From assembly GCA_964503265.1 (NCBI GenBank), contig CAZCYO010000004.1:162157-226156 (forward strand): DNA of 64,000 nt, given 5' to 3'. The stretch comes from an uncultured Gammaproteobacteria bacterium (GTDB lineage Bacteria; Patescibacteriota; Microgenomatia; Levybacterales; UBA12049). The notes under the pieces were generated by a model, which did not search any database, had not been told where the DNA came from, and saw only the letters and a list, made by a program, of their open reading frames with translations. The position numbers and the translations under genes were made by a program. Positions 21,301 through 33,300 of this stretch are shown here, in pieces (the stretch's first letter is position 1; every line of letters begins with the position of its first letter).

Positions 21301-24300
21301 CGGACGCAACAGGTGTATTTAATCAGTCTGCTGCAGGCTCACCGGGACAATGCTTGGCATCTGCCGGTGGGGGTGCTCCAACGTGGAGTAGCTGTGGAGG
21401 AACTAACTATTGGAATCAGGTTAGTGGCATTGGTGTTAGTACTGGTGGTATTACCTACGTTGGCAATACCACGACTGATTTACTTATCGGTGGTACAGCC
21501 ACGACTTCAGCGAAATTTGCCTTCATCAATGTGCTAACTGGCAATCCAACACTTCGAGTATACAGCTCAAACAGCTCGCAATACATCCAAATGAATCATG
21601 ATGGCACAAACGGTAATATCACTGCATCAACTGGAACGATCCAAATTGGAACTGGTGGAGGCACACTATATGTTGAAACAGATATTATTAATGATACGAC
21701 GAGTAATAACGGCTATGTACAGGTATCAGATAAGTTTAAAGTAAATGGTACTGAGTCAGCCGGAAATGCACTGGTCGTTCTCAATAACGCAGGAGCTGGA
21801 GATCTCTTTACCGCGTCAGCTTCAGGTATCCCAAAATTCACTATTCGCACCGATGGCACTGCATCATCTGCTGGAAATCTTACCTTTACAACGGCTGCAA
21901 GTATCCAGACCACATCCGCTCAGAGCTTAACAATCGGTGGAAATACAACTGGAAGTATCATTCTTAACCCAAGTAATGCAGTCGCAGGAGGTGCTGTTCT
22001 CCCAGCAGTAACGAACGTTACCGATCTAGGCACATCAGCACTGCAGTTTAGAAATATTTATGGTCAGAACCTTTATAGTAACGGTGCATTGCTCTCTAAC
22101 TATTGGCAGAGAAATAGTAACGCACTTGCACCACTTAACATTACCGATGATATTTTACTTGGTGCGATAGCTACATCATCTGCGAAAATTAGACTTGGAG
22201 GAACAACGAATGCAGACTCCTACTTTAATACTGGTGGGAATGTGGGAATCGGAAGCACAACTCCTGGAGCAAAGCTTGATGTAGCGTTTGGAACAGTTAG
22301 TACAACAGCATTCAAAAGTATCTCGAACGTCGGCACAATTGCAACAACAGGCGTTTCTAACACGGGGTATGGTATCTATAACAGTATTACAAATACACCG
22401 ACAACTAACGCAAATACCGCATACGGCTTGTACAATTTAGTAACAGATAGTGCCTCTACAGGTAATACTGCCTATGGTGTCTTTAGCCAAGTAGACAGCA
22501 CGCAAAATATAAGTAAAAACCAATATTCAGGTTACTTCACTAACTCGAATACTTCTACGGTTGGAGGGAATATTTTTGGAGTATCTGGTGTTGGTCATGC
22601 AGCAGGAAACCTCGCTTCTGGAACATTTACTATTAAAGGAGGAGATTTTGCAGGTCTAGGAGTTGGGACAAGCACAGGTGGTACACGAAATGTCTATGGA
22701 CTAGATATTCGAGCAAGCACATCTAACGGAAATGGTTCTACAGATACAGTCTACGGCATTAAAGTAACTGGTGGCGGCACACTTACAACAGGAACATTAG
22801 CCACATACGGATTATACATAGCAAATGGAACGATGAATACTACGGGAACAACTACCAATACCGGACTATATGTAGAATCAATAACTGGAGCAGATACCAA
22901 TTACGCAGCGATCTTCGCTGGTGGGAACATCGGTATCGGAACTACTGCTCCACTGACCACGCTCGATGTTCGTGGTCAAACTGCTACCACTCCTATCGCC
23001 TCTTTCTCAGGCACGACGAACTGGGCGGGGCTGCTCGTTGATAATAATAATGCGAACGGGGATCTTTTTACTGCGTCAAGATCGGGTTCAACAAAATTTA
23101 CACTTAATGGATTTGGTGATCAGACGGCTGGCCAAACAGTGCTCGATGGTACAACCACAGCTAACGGAGCTGGTACGAACTCAACCACACTGATCTTAAC
23201 GAGTGCTGCGAGTTTTGATATCGGTAATTACGTTATGGTTTCCTCCACCAACTGTGTGACGGGTGTTAACATCTGTTACGCAAAAATCACCAACAAAGTG
23301 AGCAATACTCTCACTATCTCCCCTGCTATTTCCTGGGCTACGTCTTCTGTCGTCTCAGAACTACACATCCCAGAAATTGGCGGAACTGACCTGGCTCAAA
23401 CCTCAAAATTCCGCTATGGCCGCGGCTACTTCATAGACGGTATCGTGACAGGAAACGGCTCAACCTACTACTCAGATAAAAGGATTACGTTAACTGAAGG
23501 CGATCTTGGAATCGTGGGTGGAAACGTCGGTATCGGGACAGCGACACCGTCTGCACGACTGGCGATCAGACAGGATACCGCAGGAGACCTCCTCTCGATC
23601 AGAGATGGAAATAGTGGCAATGCATTCCAGATCGCCAGTGGTAGTGCGATCGTCTCCAAAGCCACCGGCTTTACAAAAGTTCTTTCCTGTGTGGGCGCTT
23701 CCTGTTCATCAAGTGATACTGGTACGTTCACAGATAGCACCGCTGAAGCATCGACATCAGCTGGAGTACTTCCATCAGCTCTCCTTACAGCTGCGGTAAC
23801 CACAGGAAGCTTCTATGTCGGACTTGATAAACCATTCTCAAGTGTCTACTTTAATATCAGTACTCCAGGCACGAATGTCTCTCTCGTTCGCCAGTACTGG
23901 AACGGCTCTGCATGGACAGCTATGCCAGCCAACACAGACAACACGGAGAGCCTCAAATTTAGTGGCGCAGTCTCATTCCCGTTCGTTCCAGCTACCTGGG
24001 CTCCAACTACCGTTAACGGAACCACCGGTCTCTACTGGATCAAATTCACGACGACGAGTGCTCCAGGCGTCGCACCAAACGTCTTTTCAGTCTCACCAAG
24101 TACCGGAAGCAGATTTACGCTGTATGCACAGAATGGAGATACAACCCCAGCTCTCACTGCGTCTGACTCAGGGTATATCGGGATTAATACAACCAATCCG
24201 ACCGATCGACTAGCAGTAAATGGAAATATCCAAGCATCCATTTTTAGGGACTTAGAAAACCCTGCATATTATATCGATCCGGCAGCTACAGGAAACTCAC

Positions 24301-27300
24301 TTATAGTTAATGGGAATGTCGGTATTGGTACAACTACTGCACAATCAAAGCTTGAAGTATACGGCTCGACACCTGTTGTCATAAATAGGAATACTTCATC
24401 AACTGGTTATGCTAGTTTTAGAGCATATAATGATCAAAATAGCAGTGCGCGATCCCTGGAGATTGATTATTCAGGTAGTGCCTATGCAAGCTCCCTTCTG
24501 ACAAGTGGCGTTACAGGAGAAGCAGCGTCCATTACCACCACTGGCGCCTTCCCGCTCATGTTTGGAACGACTAATACAGCAAGAATGACAATTTTAAGTG
24601 GTGGAAATGTCGGGATAGGAACGACTACTGCACCAGCCCTACTTACTGTTGGGGGTAATATCGGTTTGACTGGTGCAACATCAAATACTATTTTTTATGG
24701 AACTACTGGTGTCGCTGCGCCAGGAGCAGGAAGTGCTGGACAAAAAATTCAGCTTTATGGTACAGCTGGGACTATAAGCTCTACAGATTACGCATTAGGC
24801 ATTGAATCAAATAATCTATGGTTTAACACGGGCGGAACAGGATTCAAGTGGTATGCCTCATCTTCTCTAGTAGGTACACTCAGTAGTGCGGGACTCTTAA
24901 CATTAGCATCAGATATAAATATTCAAGGTCAAGACCTCCAGTTTAACGGGACAGTCCGCATGTCTGATTCTGTATCGTCTTCCTATACAGCTATCTCGCC
25001 ACAGAGTAATACGTTAATTGTCTATAATGGCTCTGCTGATCAAACATTTAGAGTTTATAATAGTGCTGGAAGTCACAACATAAGCCTCGCCTATTCTAGT
25101 ACTAATTATGGAGAACTCGCGACAACAAACCATTTAATCCTGACAGCTGGTAGTGGGAATATAGGAGTCGGAACAACAGCTCCTACAAGAAAAATTTCTG
25201 CATGGACTTCACTTACTGGTGGGTCCCCTTACTCCATGATAAATTATGCAGGTAGCGATGATGCAAACGAGGGAGTTCTACTTATGGGAATTAAACATAC
25301 CACAACAACAAATACTCGATTTATCAAATTCTTCAAAGGTATTAGCAATACCAGTGATAGCTATGCTGGAGCTACTGGTATAGGAAATATTCATGCAAAT
25401 AATACAAACGTTGTGTTCGATACAACTGGAACTGCTGACTTAGGAGAGTATATGTATATGGGAGAATCTGTTGAGGCTGGTGATATTATCTCTCAAACAT
25501 CTACGAATGGAATGAAAGCGACCACAAATAGCAATATTATGGGTGTGATCTCGCGAACTACTAGCTTTATGGGAAGTAGTGGTATCGCTAATGAACCAAA
25601 TACAGATATCGTTGGGTACGTTGGAAAGATTCTTACAAAAGTGTCAACAGTAAACGGCCCAATTCGTAATGGCGATGTCATCACAGCAAGTGTTATTCCA
25701 GGTGTTGGACAAAAAGCGACGAAGGCTGGACAAGTAGTTGGTAAAGCATTAGAAGATTTTGACCCCAATAATAACCCAGATGCATTCTCCTGTCCGGCTG
25801 GAACAGACTCAAACGTAAAATGCGGTAAAATTCTCTTATATGTAAATGCTTCTTGGTATGACCCAGACGTTTACATCACCGATACAGGTAATTTAAATAT
25901 TCAGACAGACGCAGGTGGTAACTTCGTAGCCTTTAATGCTGGAGATGCAGTCTCACGAATTGGTAGTTTTGCTTCAGCAGTTATCGCAAATCTTCAAGTA
26001 GGCGCGATCGATGCTCAGAAGATAACGACACAATCGTTCGCACTTGGCACAGAGAATATGACCGTAGCAGGTCAAAGTCTTAAGAATTATATTCTCTCAG
26101 TAGTTACTCAGGCAAATCTCGGTGGTGGACCTGGAAATAATCTTCCTGAGCTCACCGTAGGTAATCTAAAAACGAACCTCATCTCCCCACTCGCATCAGA
26201 ATCTGCAGTTGTTATCAGTGGTCGAGTCTTTATCGCAGGGAATCCTCTAAGTAACCAAGCTTCACTTGAAGTAACAGGAGATGCATCTATTTCAGGCACA
26301 CTTCGAGTTAAAAAAATCATCGCAGATGATATCGAGGGATTATCTGCGAAATTCGCAACACTCTCTGCCACAACTATCATTAACAACTACAATATAGCTT
26401 CAGATTCCGGTCAAGTCGTGATCCCGTCAAACGGGACCGGAATGACAAATAATTCAGCTTCAGGTTCAGGCCAGATTGAGCCTGCGTATCAGAACGGGAT
26501 TCCGACGCTTCTCTCTGGAAGTATCCAGACGAATTATGCAAATATTGCTTCCCTATCTGGCCAATTCGCCCAGACGAATAATCTCCAGGCAGAATTTGGT
26601 CAGTTTAACCAGGGACTCATGAGCTTGGGTCCGACTTCCCTCTCAGACACATCAGTCATAGGACAGTTATCAGTTGGCGGGAACATGATCCTCGCTGATA
26701 ATACGATTAATGTTCTCGGAGCAGATCTTCAGATCCAGCCACTTCGCCAAGGAGGCGTATCATTTGAAGGCGGACTTGTCGCGATCAATACAGATGGAGA
26801 CTTAACTGTAGGCGGAAGTGCAGTATTTAATCGAGATGTGACGATCAAAGGAGTACTCGCAACGAATATCATCTCCCCTGTTCCTGGTAGTAATTTAACG
26901 ATACGACTTGGAACAGATGTCTCAGATCCAACAAAAGATGGAATCTTTGAGATACAGAATGCTTCTGGATCAGGAGTACTCGCAGTAGATCAAAAAGGCA
27001 ACCTGACAGCGAGTGGTTCTGGCTTCTTTAAAGAGGTGGCTAGTAATCTCTTTAATATCGTTCGAGGTGCCCAGGCAGACACCTCAGTCACAGAAACGAC
27101 TGCTTCTGCTTCTGCGGGAACTGCAGTAATTAAAAGATACTATACAGAGCGAACTATTTTCTCACCATATGTATCTGAAAAATCCCTGATCTATGTCACA
27201 GCTACATCAGATACTCAGGGCCAGACTCCATATATCGCTCGCCAAACAGCTGAAGACCCAGGAACAGGAACGAAGGGATCTTTCACCATCCAAATACCTA

Positions 27301-27347
27301 CTACCGTATCACAGGATATCAAAATTAACTGGTGGATCGTGAATTAA
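15351..27347 (+). CDS. giant (3998 aa) membrane-anchored surface fibre protein; N-terminal cytoplasmic region has two tandem tyrosine-recombinase core-binding (integrase N-terminal SAM-like) domains, then one TM helix, then a huge repeat-rich extracellular region
   Basis: Residues 1-95 and about 110-210 fit the XerD/integrase N-terminal pattern (F..YL....S..T...Y..D...F..WL, LR.FY.YL, ..NPF). TM helix ITHYFHFAILMIVVTTLGVGVY at about residue 425. Many GNVGIGTTTP..LDV.G and NYWQR..ITDD..LG.IATSSAK.RLGGTTNA repeats. No catalytic recombinase domain. Confidence 0.8.
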   Translation: MNYIQQFKSYLETSQKASVATVKNYLSDIRKFQHWLETKSGEAFNPTLVTSGRIEEFKAEMRELSVNSSDRYISSLRKFYAYLMTENLVSSNPFASEDTKQKTLTSDPYHLKGFKNSLYEANASEPTIKNYLADVNQFLMWGEEVAINKQSHIESDKNLLSKLSTKLIEEYKQRLHHTAHLSPVSINRKLSSIRKYLAFLLNQGVVDAVPFVINAKQHEFSQEETAGISDNPTEASSSIESNINGNSIQPLQKEKLDQEDLNVNRSPLNPSKTYSSFGPLRLFQRIGGLSNFIFDLLMILPLVKIIEHAQYLFVKLSGKGIFTAAEANMQSASLASRTAVKAINTVEELISQRASRSQVKGIHHFITRDKKTLADFGFRVSNLPKEMYAPISLTNLPFHKKMWHHIRFTRPNWYRKYHSYAITHYFHFAILMIVVTTLGVGVYNGVFNKARETKTLAAPPTAPPRILSFQGRLTDASDNPITATTNLRFTIYNDLSASGSAKLWEEVKTTTPDTDGIFNTYLGQGTVIPSTVFTDNASLYLGITVGTNDTELTPRQQIATVAFAANSETLQGLLPSTGAGAGTTNVVLALDSSGNLTIGGSATPTFQASGGQFTLSGTVLKLTTTTGSNSNIQITPDGLGKIDIQKAMYNGTLFSQLPTAAGAVNVDDLFAVNATSSGQSAFTLNQNSTGPLISASVSGVAKFTVDNAGAGTFASDLAVNGTSITTSQSSFNLLNTNAGTLNFAGASTTLTIGGTTGTLALRNPAITLGGGSATTIQTASSQTLTIGGSTTGDIIVGPQNGAAGGTLRPSTNNAVDLGTASFAYRNLYVNNIIGASTGVNGYWQRNANAISPANITDDVLIGAIATSSAKIRLGGTTNADSFFNTGGNVGIGTTTIGSKLTIDAGALRFTGTGAFGTGTDAGVVGTGGISGSLQFITAGNTAGTITNAGNLGIGTTIVNSKLQVYGTTSGNALAMFDQRTLNADVLTASASGTSLFTVRYNGNIGIGTSIPASMLDLRGTTTGNALVSFVQNTTNADILTASAGATTKLTLRQNGNLGIGTSLPASLLDIRGTTTGNALATLVQNTSADIFTASAGATTRFVIQNAGNVGIGTSRPAQLLDVQGGAGIVAQFSGRVVGANAAASNEFITLSQLNSSNYWQLNSGSISPFSNTLDILAGGTATDSAKFAVLNMIGSGTPTASVSAQNAGGQALVLAGDGSIQSVRKNTLVIGGSTTGNIDLGADANARLVTLGNTTGTSSLTLNSGTGNIGIGTSIAKTITIGNVTGATALALNAGTGGIALASTSTGDITLASSDTLLLDAAGVLELNSSGGVISIGNDAVAQNINLGTGAAARTITLGNVTGATAVNVNSGTGGIALASTSTGDITATSSDTLLLDAAGVLELNSSGGVISIGNDAVAQNINLGTGAAARTITIGNVTGATAVNLNGGTGGISLASTTTGDITLLSSDQLLLRSAKAAGATTTEAIQLASTADLGATDELLQISDSAGTFFTVMGNGSIGVGTTTPLATLDLRGNLGTTPFASISGQSSFAGLIVDNTGVGDLFTASKSGATKFTIKNTGNVGIGTSQPAQLFDVQGGAGIVAQFSGRVVGANASASNEFVTLSQLNATNYWQLNSGTIEPFSNSLDLLVGGTATASAKFAFINNIGSGAPTASISGNLAIAVPTGANPATTYSAFNGGTVNFRTSVGGDAGATSRLFIANNGNVGINTTTPVYKHEVDGTFYAGGANAGIVISGQTILGGTSAFGSVVDHNLVINANSLAGTLALQAASTTEIFLDGNTGNVGLAGVTAPNNFPIESGGSIGPTTTNTYDLGSSSLQWRNVYGQNFYQNGTLVNLTNYWQRALGVIAPSNITDDLVLGGIATSSAKVRLGGTTNANSFFNTGGSLSIGTTTPLATLDVRGNLATTPTASFSGSSTFAGLLVDNNGTGDLFTASKSGATKFTILNNGNIKAANYTTNGGILYTDATGVFNQSAAGSPGQCLASAGGGAPTWSSCGGTNYWNQVSGIGVSTGGITYVGNTTTDLLIGGTATTSAKFAFINVLTGNPTLRVYSSNSSQYIQMNHDGTNGNITASTGTIQIGTGGGTLYVETDIINDTTSNNGYVQVSDKFKVNGTESAGNALVVLNNAGAGDLFTASASGIPKFTIRTDGTASSAGNLTFTTAASIQTTSAQSLTIGGNTTGSIILNPSNAVAGGAVLPAVTNVTDLGTSALQFRNIYGQNLYSNGALLSNYWQRNSNALAPLNITDDILLGAIATSSAKIRLGGTTNADSYFNTGGNVGIGSTTPGAKLDVAFGTVSTTAFKSISNVGTIATTGVSNTGYGIYNSITNTPTTNANTAYGLYNLVTDSASTGNTAYGVFSQVDSTQNISKNQYSGYFTNSNTSTVGGNIFGVSGVGHAAGNLASGTFTIKGGDFAGLGVGTSTGGTRNVYGLDIRASTSNGNGSTDTVYGIKVTGGGTLTTGTLATYGLYIANGTMNTTGTTTNTGLYVESITGADTNYAAIFAGGNIGIGTTAPLTTLDVRGQTATTPIASFSGTTNWAGLLVDNNNANGDLFTASRSGSTKFTLNGFGDQTAGQTVLDGTTTANGAGTNSTTLILTSAASFDIGNYVMVSSTNCVTGVNICYAKITNKVSNTLTISPAISWATSSVVSELHIPEIGGTDLAQTSKFRYGRGYFIDGIVTGNGSTYYSDKRITLTEGDLGIVGGNVGIGTATPSARLAIRQDTAGDLLSIRDGNSGNAFQIASGSAIVSKATGFTKVLSCVGASCSSSDTGTFTDSTAEASTSAGVLPSALLTAAVTTGSFYVGLDKPFSSVYFNISTPGTNVSLVRQYWNGSAWTAMPANTDNTESLKFSGAVSFPFVPATWAPTTVNGTTGLYWIKFTTTSAPGVAPNVFSVSPSTGSRFTLYAQNGDTTPALTASDSGYIGINTTNPTDRLAVNGNIQASIFRDLENPAYYIDPAATGNSLIVNGNVGIGTTTAQSKLEVYGSTPVVINRNTSSTGYASFRAYNDQNSSARSLEIDYSGSAYASSLLTSGVTGEAASITTTGAFPLMFGTTNTARMTILSGGNVGIGTTTAPALLTVGGNIGLTGATSNTIFYGTTGVAAPGAGSAGQKIQLYGTAGTISSTDYALGIESNNLWFNTGGTGFKWYASSSLVGTLSSAGLLTLASDINIQGQDLQFNGTVRMSDSVSSSYTAISPQSNTLIVYNGSADQTFRVYNSAGSHNISLAYSSTNYGELATTNHLILTAGSGNIGVGTTAPTRKISAWTSLTGGSPYSMINYAGSDDANEGVLLMGIKHTTTTNTRFIKFFKGISNTSDSYAGATGIGNIHANNTNVVFDTTGTADLGEYMYMGESVEAGDIISQTSTNGMKATTNSNIMGVISRTTSFMGSSGIANEPNTDIVGYVGKILTKVSTVNGPIRNGDVITASVIPGVGQKATKAGQVVGKALEDFDPNNNPDAFSCPAGTDSNVKCGKILLYVNASWYDPDVYITDTGNLNIQTDAGGNFVAFNAGDAVSRIGSFASAVIANLQVGAIDAQKITTQSFALGTENMTVAGQSLKNYILSVVTQANLGGGPGNNLPELTVGNLKTNLISPLASESAVVISGRVFIAGNPLSNQASLEVTGDASISGTLRVKKIIADDIEGLSAKFATLSATTIINNYNIASDSGQVVIPSNGTGMTNNSASGSGQIEPAYQNGIPTLLSGSIQTNYANIASLSGQFAQTNNLQAEFGQFNQGLMSLGPTSLSDTSVIGQLSVGGNMILADNTINVLGADLQIQPLRQGGVSFEGGLVAINTDGDLTVGGSAVFNRDVTIKGVLATNIISPVPGSNLTIRLGTDVSDPTKDGIFEIQNASGSGVLAVDQKGNLTASGSGFFKEVASNLFNIVRGAQADTSVTETTASASAGTAVIKRYYTERTIFSPYVSEKSLIYVTATSDTQGQTPYIARQTAEDPGTGTKGSFTIQIPTTVSQDIKINWWIVN
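19190..19885 (+). repeat. three tandem 231-nt (77-aa) coding repeats inside giant gene 1
   Basis: TITIGNVTGATA..NAGTGGIALASTSTGDIT..SSDTLLLDAAGVLELNSSGGVISIGNDAVAQNINLGTGAAAR occurs three times with few substitutions. Confidence 0.8.
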
Positions 27348-27351
27348 CGCT

Positions 27352-30300
27352 ATGAAATTACTCCGACGATTACGTATAATAATAGTATATATGATGAAAG
27401 CTGCCCAGCATGTTTTATCAACTCTAAAAAACCCTCTGCGCAGACGTAAACACCTTCGTCTTATCCAGGTTGAACAGCATATTATTGAGAAGTGTCTCAT
27501 GGTTGGAATCTTCGGTGTTATCATCATCCCCCTCATAGCTTTCTGGCTATCGTTTTCGATTCCGAAATATAATAAAACACTCAAGGTTGATACCTATACA
27601 GCTAAAGACCTGGAGTTTCGACATCCAAAAACATCATTTAGTGTCAAAGAGAAACCTACATTTAAGGTATATGTGGGTGAAATCAAACATGTCGATAATT
27701 CTCCGAAAGCTCGGCTTTTACGCACGCTCACCCTAGTCCCTCGAGCTGAAGCGGATGATACCAAGCTTCCTGACATAGACGTCACACTCCATCACATAGT
27801 TCGTGAATCTGATACAGAAGAAGTCGTTATTCGTCAGTCTGGACCAGATGAGGTAGAGATAGCAGTAGCAGATATTAAAACGTTTAAGCCTGGCAAATAC
27901 CATATAAGTATTACAAGTGGTAAAAGAAATATTGAACAAGATTTTACTTGGGGTGTTTTGGCTGTTAATACAAACAAATCGATCTATTCTCCTGGTGAAA
28001 CTGCGAAAATTGGCATGGGCTTACTTGACGATATCGGACGCACAAAATGTTTTAATTACCCCGATCCACTTATTCATGGCGAGGTTTGGTTAACGATAAC
28101 CGATCCACATGGGAAGCGAACAGAGCTTTCTACCAAAAATGGCTTAGTAACAGGAAGTGAGAACTGTGCTGAGCATTCTGTTACGAACGATGCTGATTTT
28201 CAGACTTCATATAAAACCACTACTCCTGGTATGTATCAGATGCATATGATTGGTGAAAACCAAAATGGGAAGAGAACACTTGATGATTACTTTGAAGTTA
28301 CGGAAAACCAAGACTACGTAGTGGAAAGAACCTCTCTCCCAACGCGTATTTATCCATCAGCTATTTATACGAACACACTAACCGTATCGACAAAATCTGC
28401 ATTTAAAGGACAAATTAAAGAAACCACTCCAGCCTCTTTTCATATTACCTGCGATTCCTGTGAAGTACAGGGAGCTGACTCACTGAATAATGCAAAAGAG
28501 CCTGCGGATAAAAAAGCTACCCACACTATTATTTGGAACGTGGACTGGAGTACAGGAGGGACTCATACACTCACCTACTCTTTCGACCCTCCTCGAATCA
28601 GTCCCGAATTCTATATACTAGGACCTCTTACTATAGCAAATAGCAGCAATACTGTTTTCACGGAAGCACGCCCGTGGCAGATAGCATCTGATGCTGTCGT
28701 TACGTGGAATGGAAACGGCGTTGATAATAACTGGAACACAGCTGGCAACTGGGCAGGCGGTGTGGCATGTACAGCAGCGGCTAATGACTGTACATTTGAT
28801 GGAAGTAATCCAACCAATGGACAGAAAAACGCATCAATTAACGTATCGATCTCTGTTAACACGATAAGTATGCTTGCAACCGGAGGTGGATCAGGGTATA
28901 CGGGAATTATCACCCAAGGAGCAGCTACTACAGTAACAACAGCTGGAACTGGTGGAATTACCGTGTCCGCTGGGACGTTTACGGGAAGTGCCGCCACAAT
29001 TACGATGAATACAGCAGGGGTTCTGACAGTTAGTGGTGGTACCTTTAACGCGGGTACAGGCACATTTACTGCTAGTACAGCTAGTAATACGTATCGTATC
29101 GTCGTATCTTCTGGTACATACACAGGATCAGCAAGTGGCACGCGTACACTGTCAGGTGGAGGTATTCAGGTAACTGGCGGCACTTTTACTGGTGGAGGTG
29201 CAACGTATAACCTCTCAAGTACTGGTTCAAACGCCGGTCTAACAGTATCAGGTGGCACATTTGATGGAGGCTCTGGTCCGTGGACCCTCTCTAGCACAAA
29301 CGCTACAACTAGCGGCGTCTCACATTCGGCTGGATCATTTACTGGTGGTAGCGGAGCCTGGAGTTTGTCTGGTGCGACGGGAACAGGCTATCTGGTGACA
29401 GGTGGAACAGACCACACAACAACGACAAGTACTCTTTCTATCGTAACCAATCTAACTGTGACAGGTGTGACAACCTGGACGAATAGTGCAAGTAGTATTA
29501 CCTTTGCAACGGGTGGTAATTCTACTACGTCATGTGATCGTGTCATAGGAACGAATTTTATACTTACGAAAACTTCAGGAACTCCAACCTATACAAATGG
29601 CGCAAGCTGTTCACTCACCTTTGCCACCTGGAGTGGTTCGACTACACTAGCCTCTTTTACTAATAACGGTATTGCGACAAGTAGTGCAGGCGCAGGGACA
29701 CTCACTATGGGAGATAGTACTATTACAAATGATCGTGAACTTACAAACAACGCTACAATTAATTTCCAAAGAACGTTTAATAACAGCCGAGGCATACTCA
29801 CGAATAGTGGTACTATTACCCATAGTACAAATGCCTCAACGGATGCTGGAGCTTTTACTTGTCAAAATACGATTGGTGGAACATTTAATATGTCAGGCGC
29901 GAACTCCAGTACCTTTACGATATCTGATGGAGCTGGTGGTGATTGTGTTATTACTTCAATTACCATTGTGAGTGGAAACTATACTACATTTACAAATGCG
30001 GGCACTATTACCTTAGGTAGTGGGACATTAATTATTAGGAATGGTGCAGCTGGTGCTACTGATGGTGATGTCATAAATACAGGCTCCCTCACCATAGGGG
30101 CAAGTGCGACGTTAAATATTGAACGTGACTTTGACAGCAGCACTGGTACACTCGTGAATAGTGGAACCTTAAGTTTTCAAGATAACGCCACAGATGATAA
30201 TGGGATTCTTAGCTGTAGTGCTAGTACCACACTAAATGGAACTGTGGGCTTAGATAAAGATAATGGTACAGCTACATTTACCATTGGGACTAACTGTACG

Positions 30301-33300
30301 ATTACTAATGGAGTTGCAATCGGCACAAGTAACAATGGTACGTTTACTGTTAATGGCTCGTTAACTGTAGCTAGCGGAACCCTTCTTATACGCGATTTTG
30401 ATCTCGTAGTTGGTGCTAGTGGAAGTCTCTCTATCGGCGCTAGTGGGACCATTCAAGCAGAACGAAATGTTACTGTTAGTGGTTCAATTAGTAATAGTGG
30501 AACGTTAAGTTTTGTAGATAATGCGTCAAATGATAGTGGAACATTTAGCTGTAGCAGCATAGTAAATGGCACTGTCAATTTAGATAAAGATATTGGGGCT
30601 ACTACTTTTACGCTTGGGAGTGGGTGCACCATTACAAATGCTGTAGCAATCGCCTCAAGTAACAATGGCACCTTCACTATTAACGGTTCATTAACCTTAG
30701 CAAGCGGAACACTCCTGGTTCGTGATGCCAACCTAGTAATAGGCTCGTCTGGAGCATTTACGATTAACTCCGGGGCTGTTGTCAACGCGGAGCGAAACTG
30801 GACTGAAAGTAGTGGTTCAGTCACAACAAATAACGGTACGATTAGATTTATTGATAATGCATCATCTGATAGTACGACATTAACGTGTGGCACAGGCAGT
30901 AATCTGGGGAAAGTTGATCTTAATAAGGTTACTGGTGGTAATACATTCGTTCTTGGAAGTGATTGTACTACCGGTAATTTCAACCGCATCTCTGGAATAA
31001 TTAGTAACCCAGCATCAGCATATACATTAAAAGTCCAAGGCAACCTCATGATGAGTAGCACGACAAATATGGGTGGTGCAAATATGACAGTCTCAATGGA
31101 AGGAAGTGGCTTTCAATTTATTAACTTCGCGGCCACGAGTACCACATTCGTCTCTAAATTCCAAGTCAACAAGACTGGTGGATCAGCGATGTTACTGACA
31201 AACAATTTCACGGTAACAGGCCAAGCATGTACTGTCGCTGCTGGAACGTTTGATATAAATGGTCTCACATTTGTCTGCAATACGACAGGTCTCACCGTGA
31301 GCAGTGGCGGCAATCTCCAGCTCCAAGGAGCTGAGACGATCACACTTCCTGGAAATCCAACACTAAGCGCTGGCTCAACTGTCACCTATGCTGGAAATAA
31401 AAATGCTGGAGCAAATACGTATGCACTCAAGAGCTGGTCGTATTCTAATCTCACTATTAGTAGTAGTGATAGTGCGACAGATATTTTCCAACCCGCTGCT
31501 ACCCTTTCTGTAGGTAATGACTTAACGAACACTGCTGGATCACTTGATGCGAAATCTGGTAGTGATTTTGCGATGAATGTCACCAGAGACTTTTCTAACT
31601 CAGGCACCTTCCTCGCCCAGGGAGGAACACTTACTGTGGGGCGAAACTTTACCAATAACGGGACATTCACTGCTGGGACAGGAACACTTACTCTTAACAC
31701 GACGACGACTGCTACACTCGCAGGTTCAGGCTCCCCTGCTGTGACTCTTAATAATCTGACGATTGCGACAAGTGATAAAACAGTTCAATTTACCGCTGGT
31801 CAAACATTTAGAACAAATGGTCTTCTGACAATTACTGGTACTAGTGGACACAATGTCATTATTAACTCAACAACCTCTTCTCAGTGGTTTATTAATCATC
31901 AAGGCACAGAAGCGATAACCTATGCAACGATTACCTACTCTGGCTGTGATGGTGCTAGTACAGATATTACACTTGCTTCTAGTGATACAAATGGTGGCAA
32001 TAACGGAGCATGCTGGTTATTCGTCGCAGACATGTCAGGCACAATTTATACCGATGAAGGAACTACACCATATGATTGCTCTGCAAATAACTTAACAATA
32101 AATTTGTCGGTAAATGGAGGGTCTAATGCCACCACCACCTGTACGCTTAATACTGGTGTGTTTTCTTTTACCAGTGTGACCGGTCCAAGTGATGGGACAC
32201 CCTTTACCGTCTTTATAGACAGCACCGAAACACCCAAGGCAACACTTGTCATGCTCGGTGATGGATCAGCGATAATTACCGGCCTTAAGCTCTATGTTAG
32301 CCACGTTACATTATCACATTTGAATGCCGGCCCAATCACGAATGCAAATCTCGCAACAGCAGATAATGCGGATGCGGGCATTCGCTATAGTGTGGCAAGT
32401 AGTAATCTCACTGTCGATTCTGGAATGGAACTGTATGTGTTAAATTCCAAAACATACACTCCTGGTGGAACCGTCACCACTCAGGGATCTTCTGACTTTC
32501 AACTCGCAAGTAGCGCCACATCTACTCTTGATACTGCCACCAACACAATTGATGGAGATATAGTCGTTGATACAGGCGCAACGCTTAACATCAATACGAC
32601 GACATCAATTAATGGAGGCGCTATGACGACGGCCGGAACTGGCGTTATCACGACAACCAGTGGCACACCAACAGTTACTATTTCTGGAACTGGTACTATC
32701 GGAGGCGGCGGTACAGTCACTGTCTACGCCCTCACCGTTAATGGGACGCAAACCCTCGCTTCTGATACAACAATTAGTAATACTGCCAATGTCGCAGCAG
32801 GAGGCTCACTTGATCTAGGAAGTAAAAACATGACTGTAAGCGGTGGATCGTTTACAAATACATCGACCGGTATTATCGCATGTTCAGGTTGTAGTGCAGG
32901 AACACTGACAATGTCTGGAACAGGAACACTCGGTAGTGGCAATGGAAATATTACGATCTATAACCTGACAACCTCAGGGACAGGAACTACCACATTTTCT
33001 GGTGGCGGAACGAATACGATTAGCAATAACGTAACCGTCGGAACAGGCACGACTCTCAACATCAATTCCACCACAGCCATAACTGGCAGCTTAGCCAATA
33101 CAACAACGGGAATCATTGGAACAACAAGTGGAACGCCAACTGTTACAGTCTCTGGAAGCACCATCGGTGGCGGTTCTGGCGCACTCACATTTTATAACCT
33201 CACCAAAGCAGGCGCTGGTACCACAACCTTCTCTGGAAGTGGAACAAATAGCATAACGAACAATTTAAGTATATCTAATGGTACATTTACACAGTCAAAC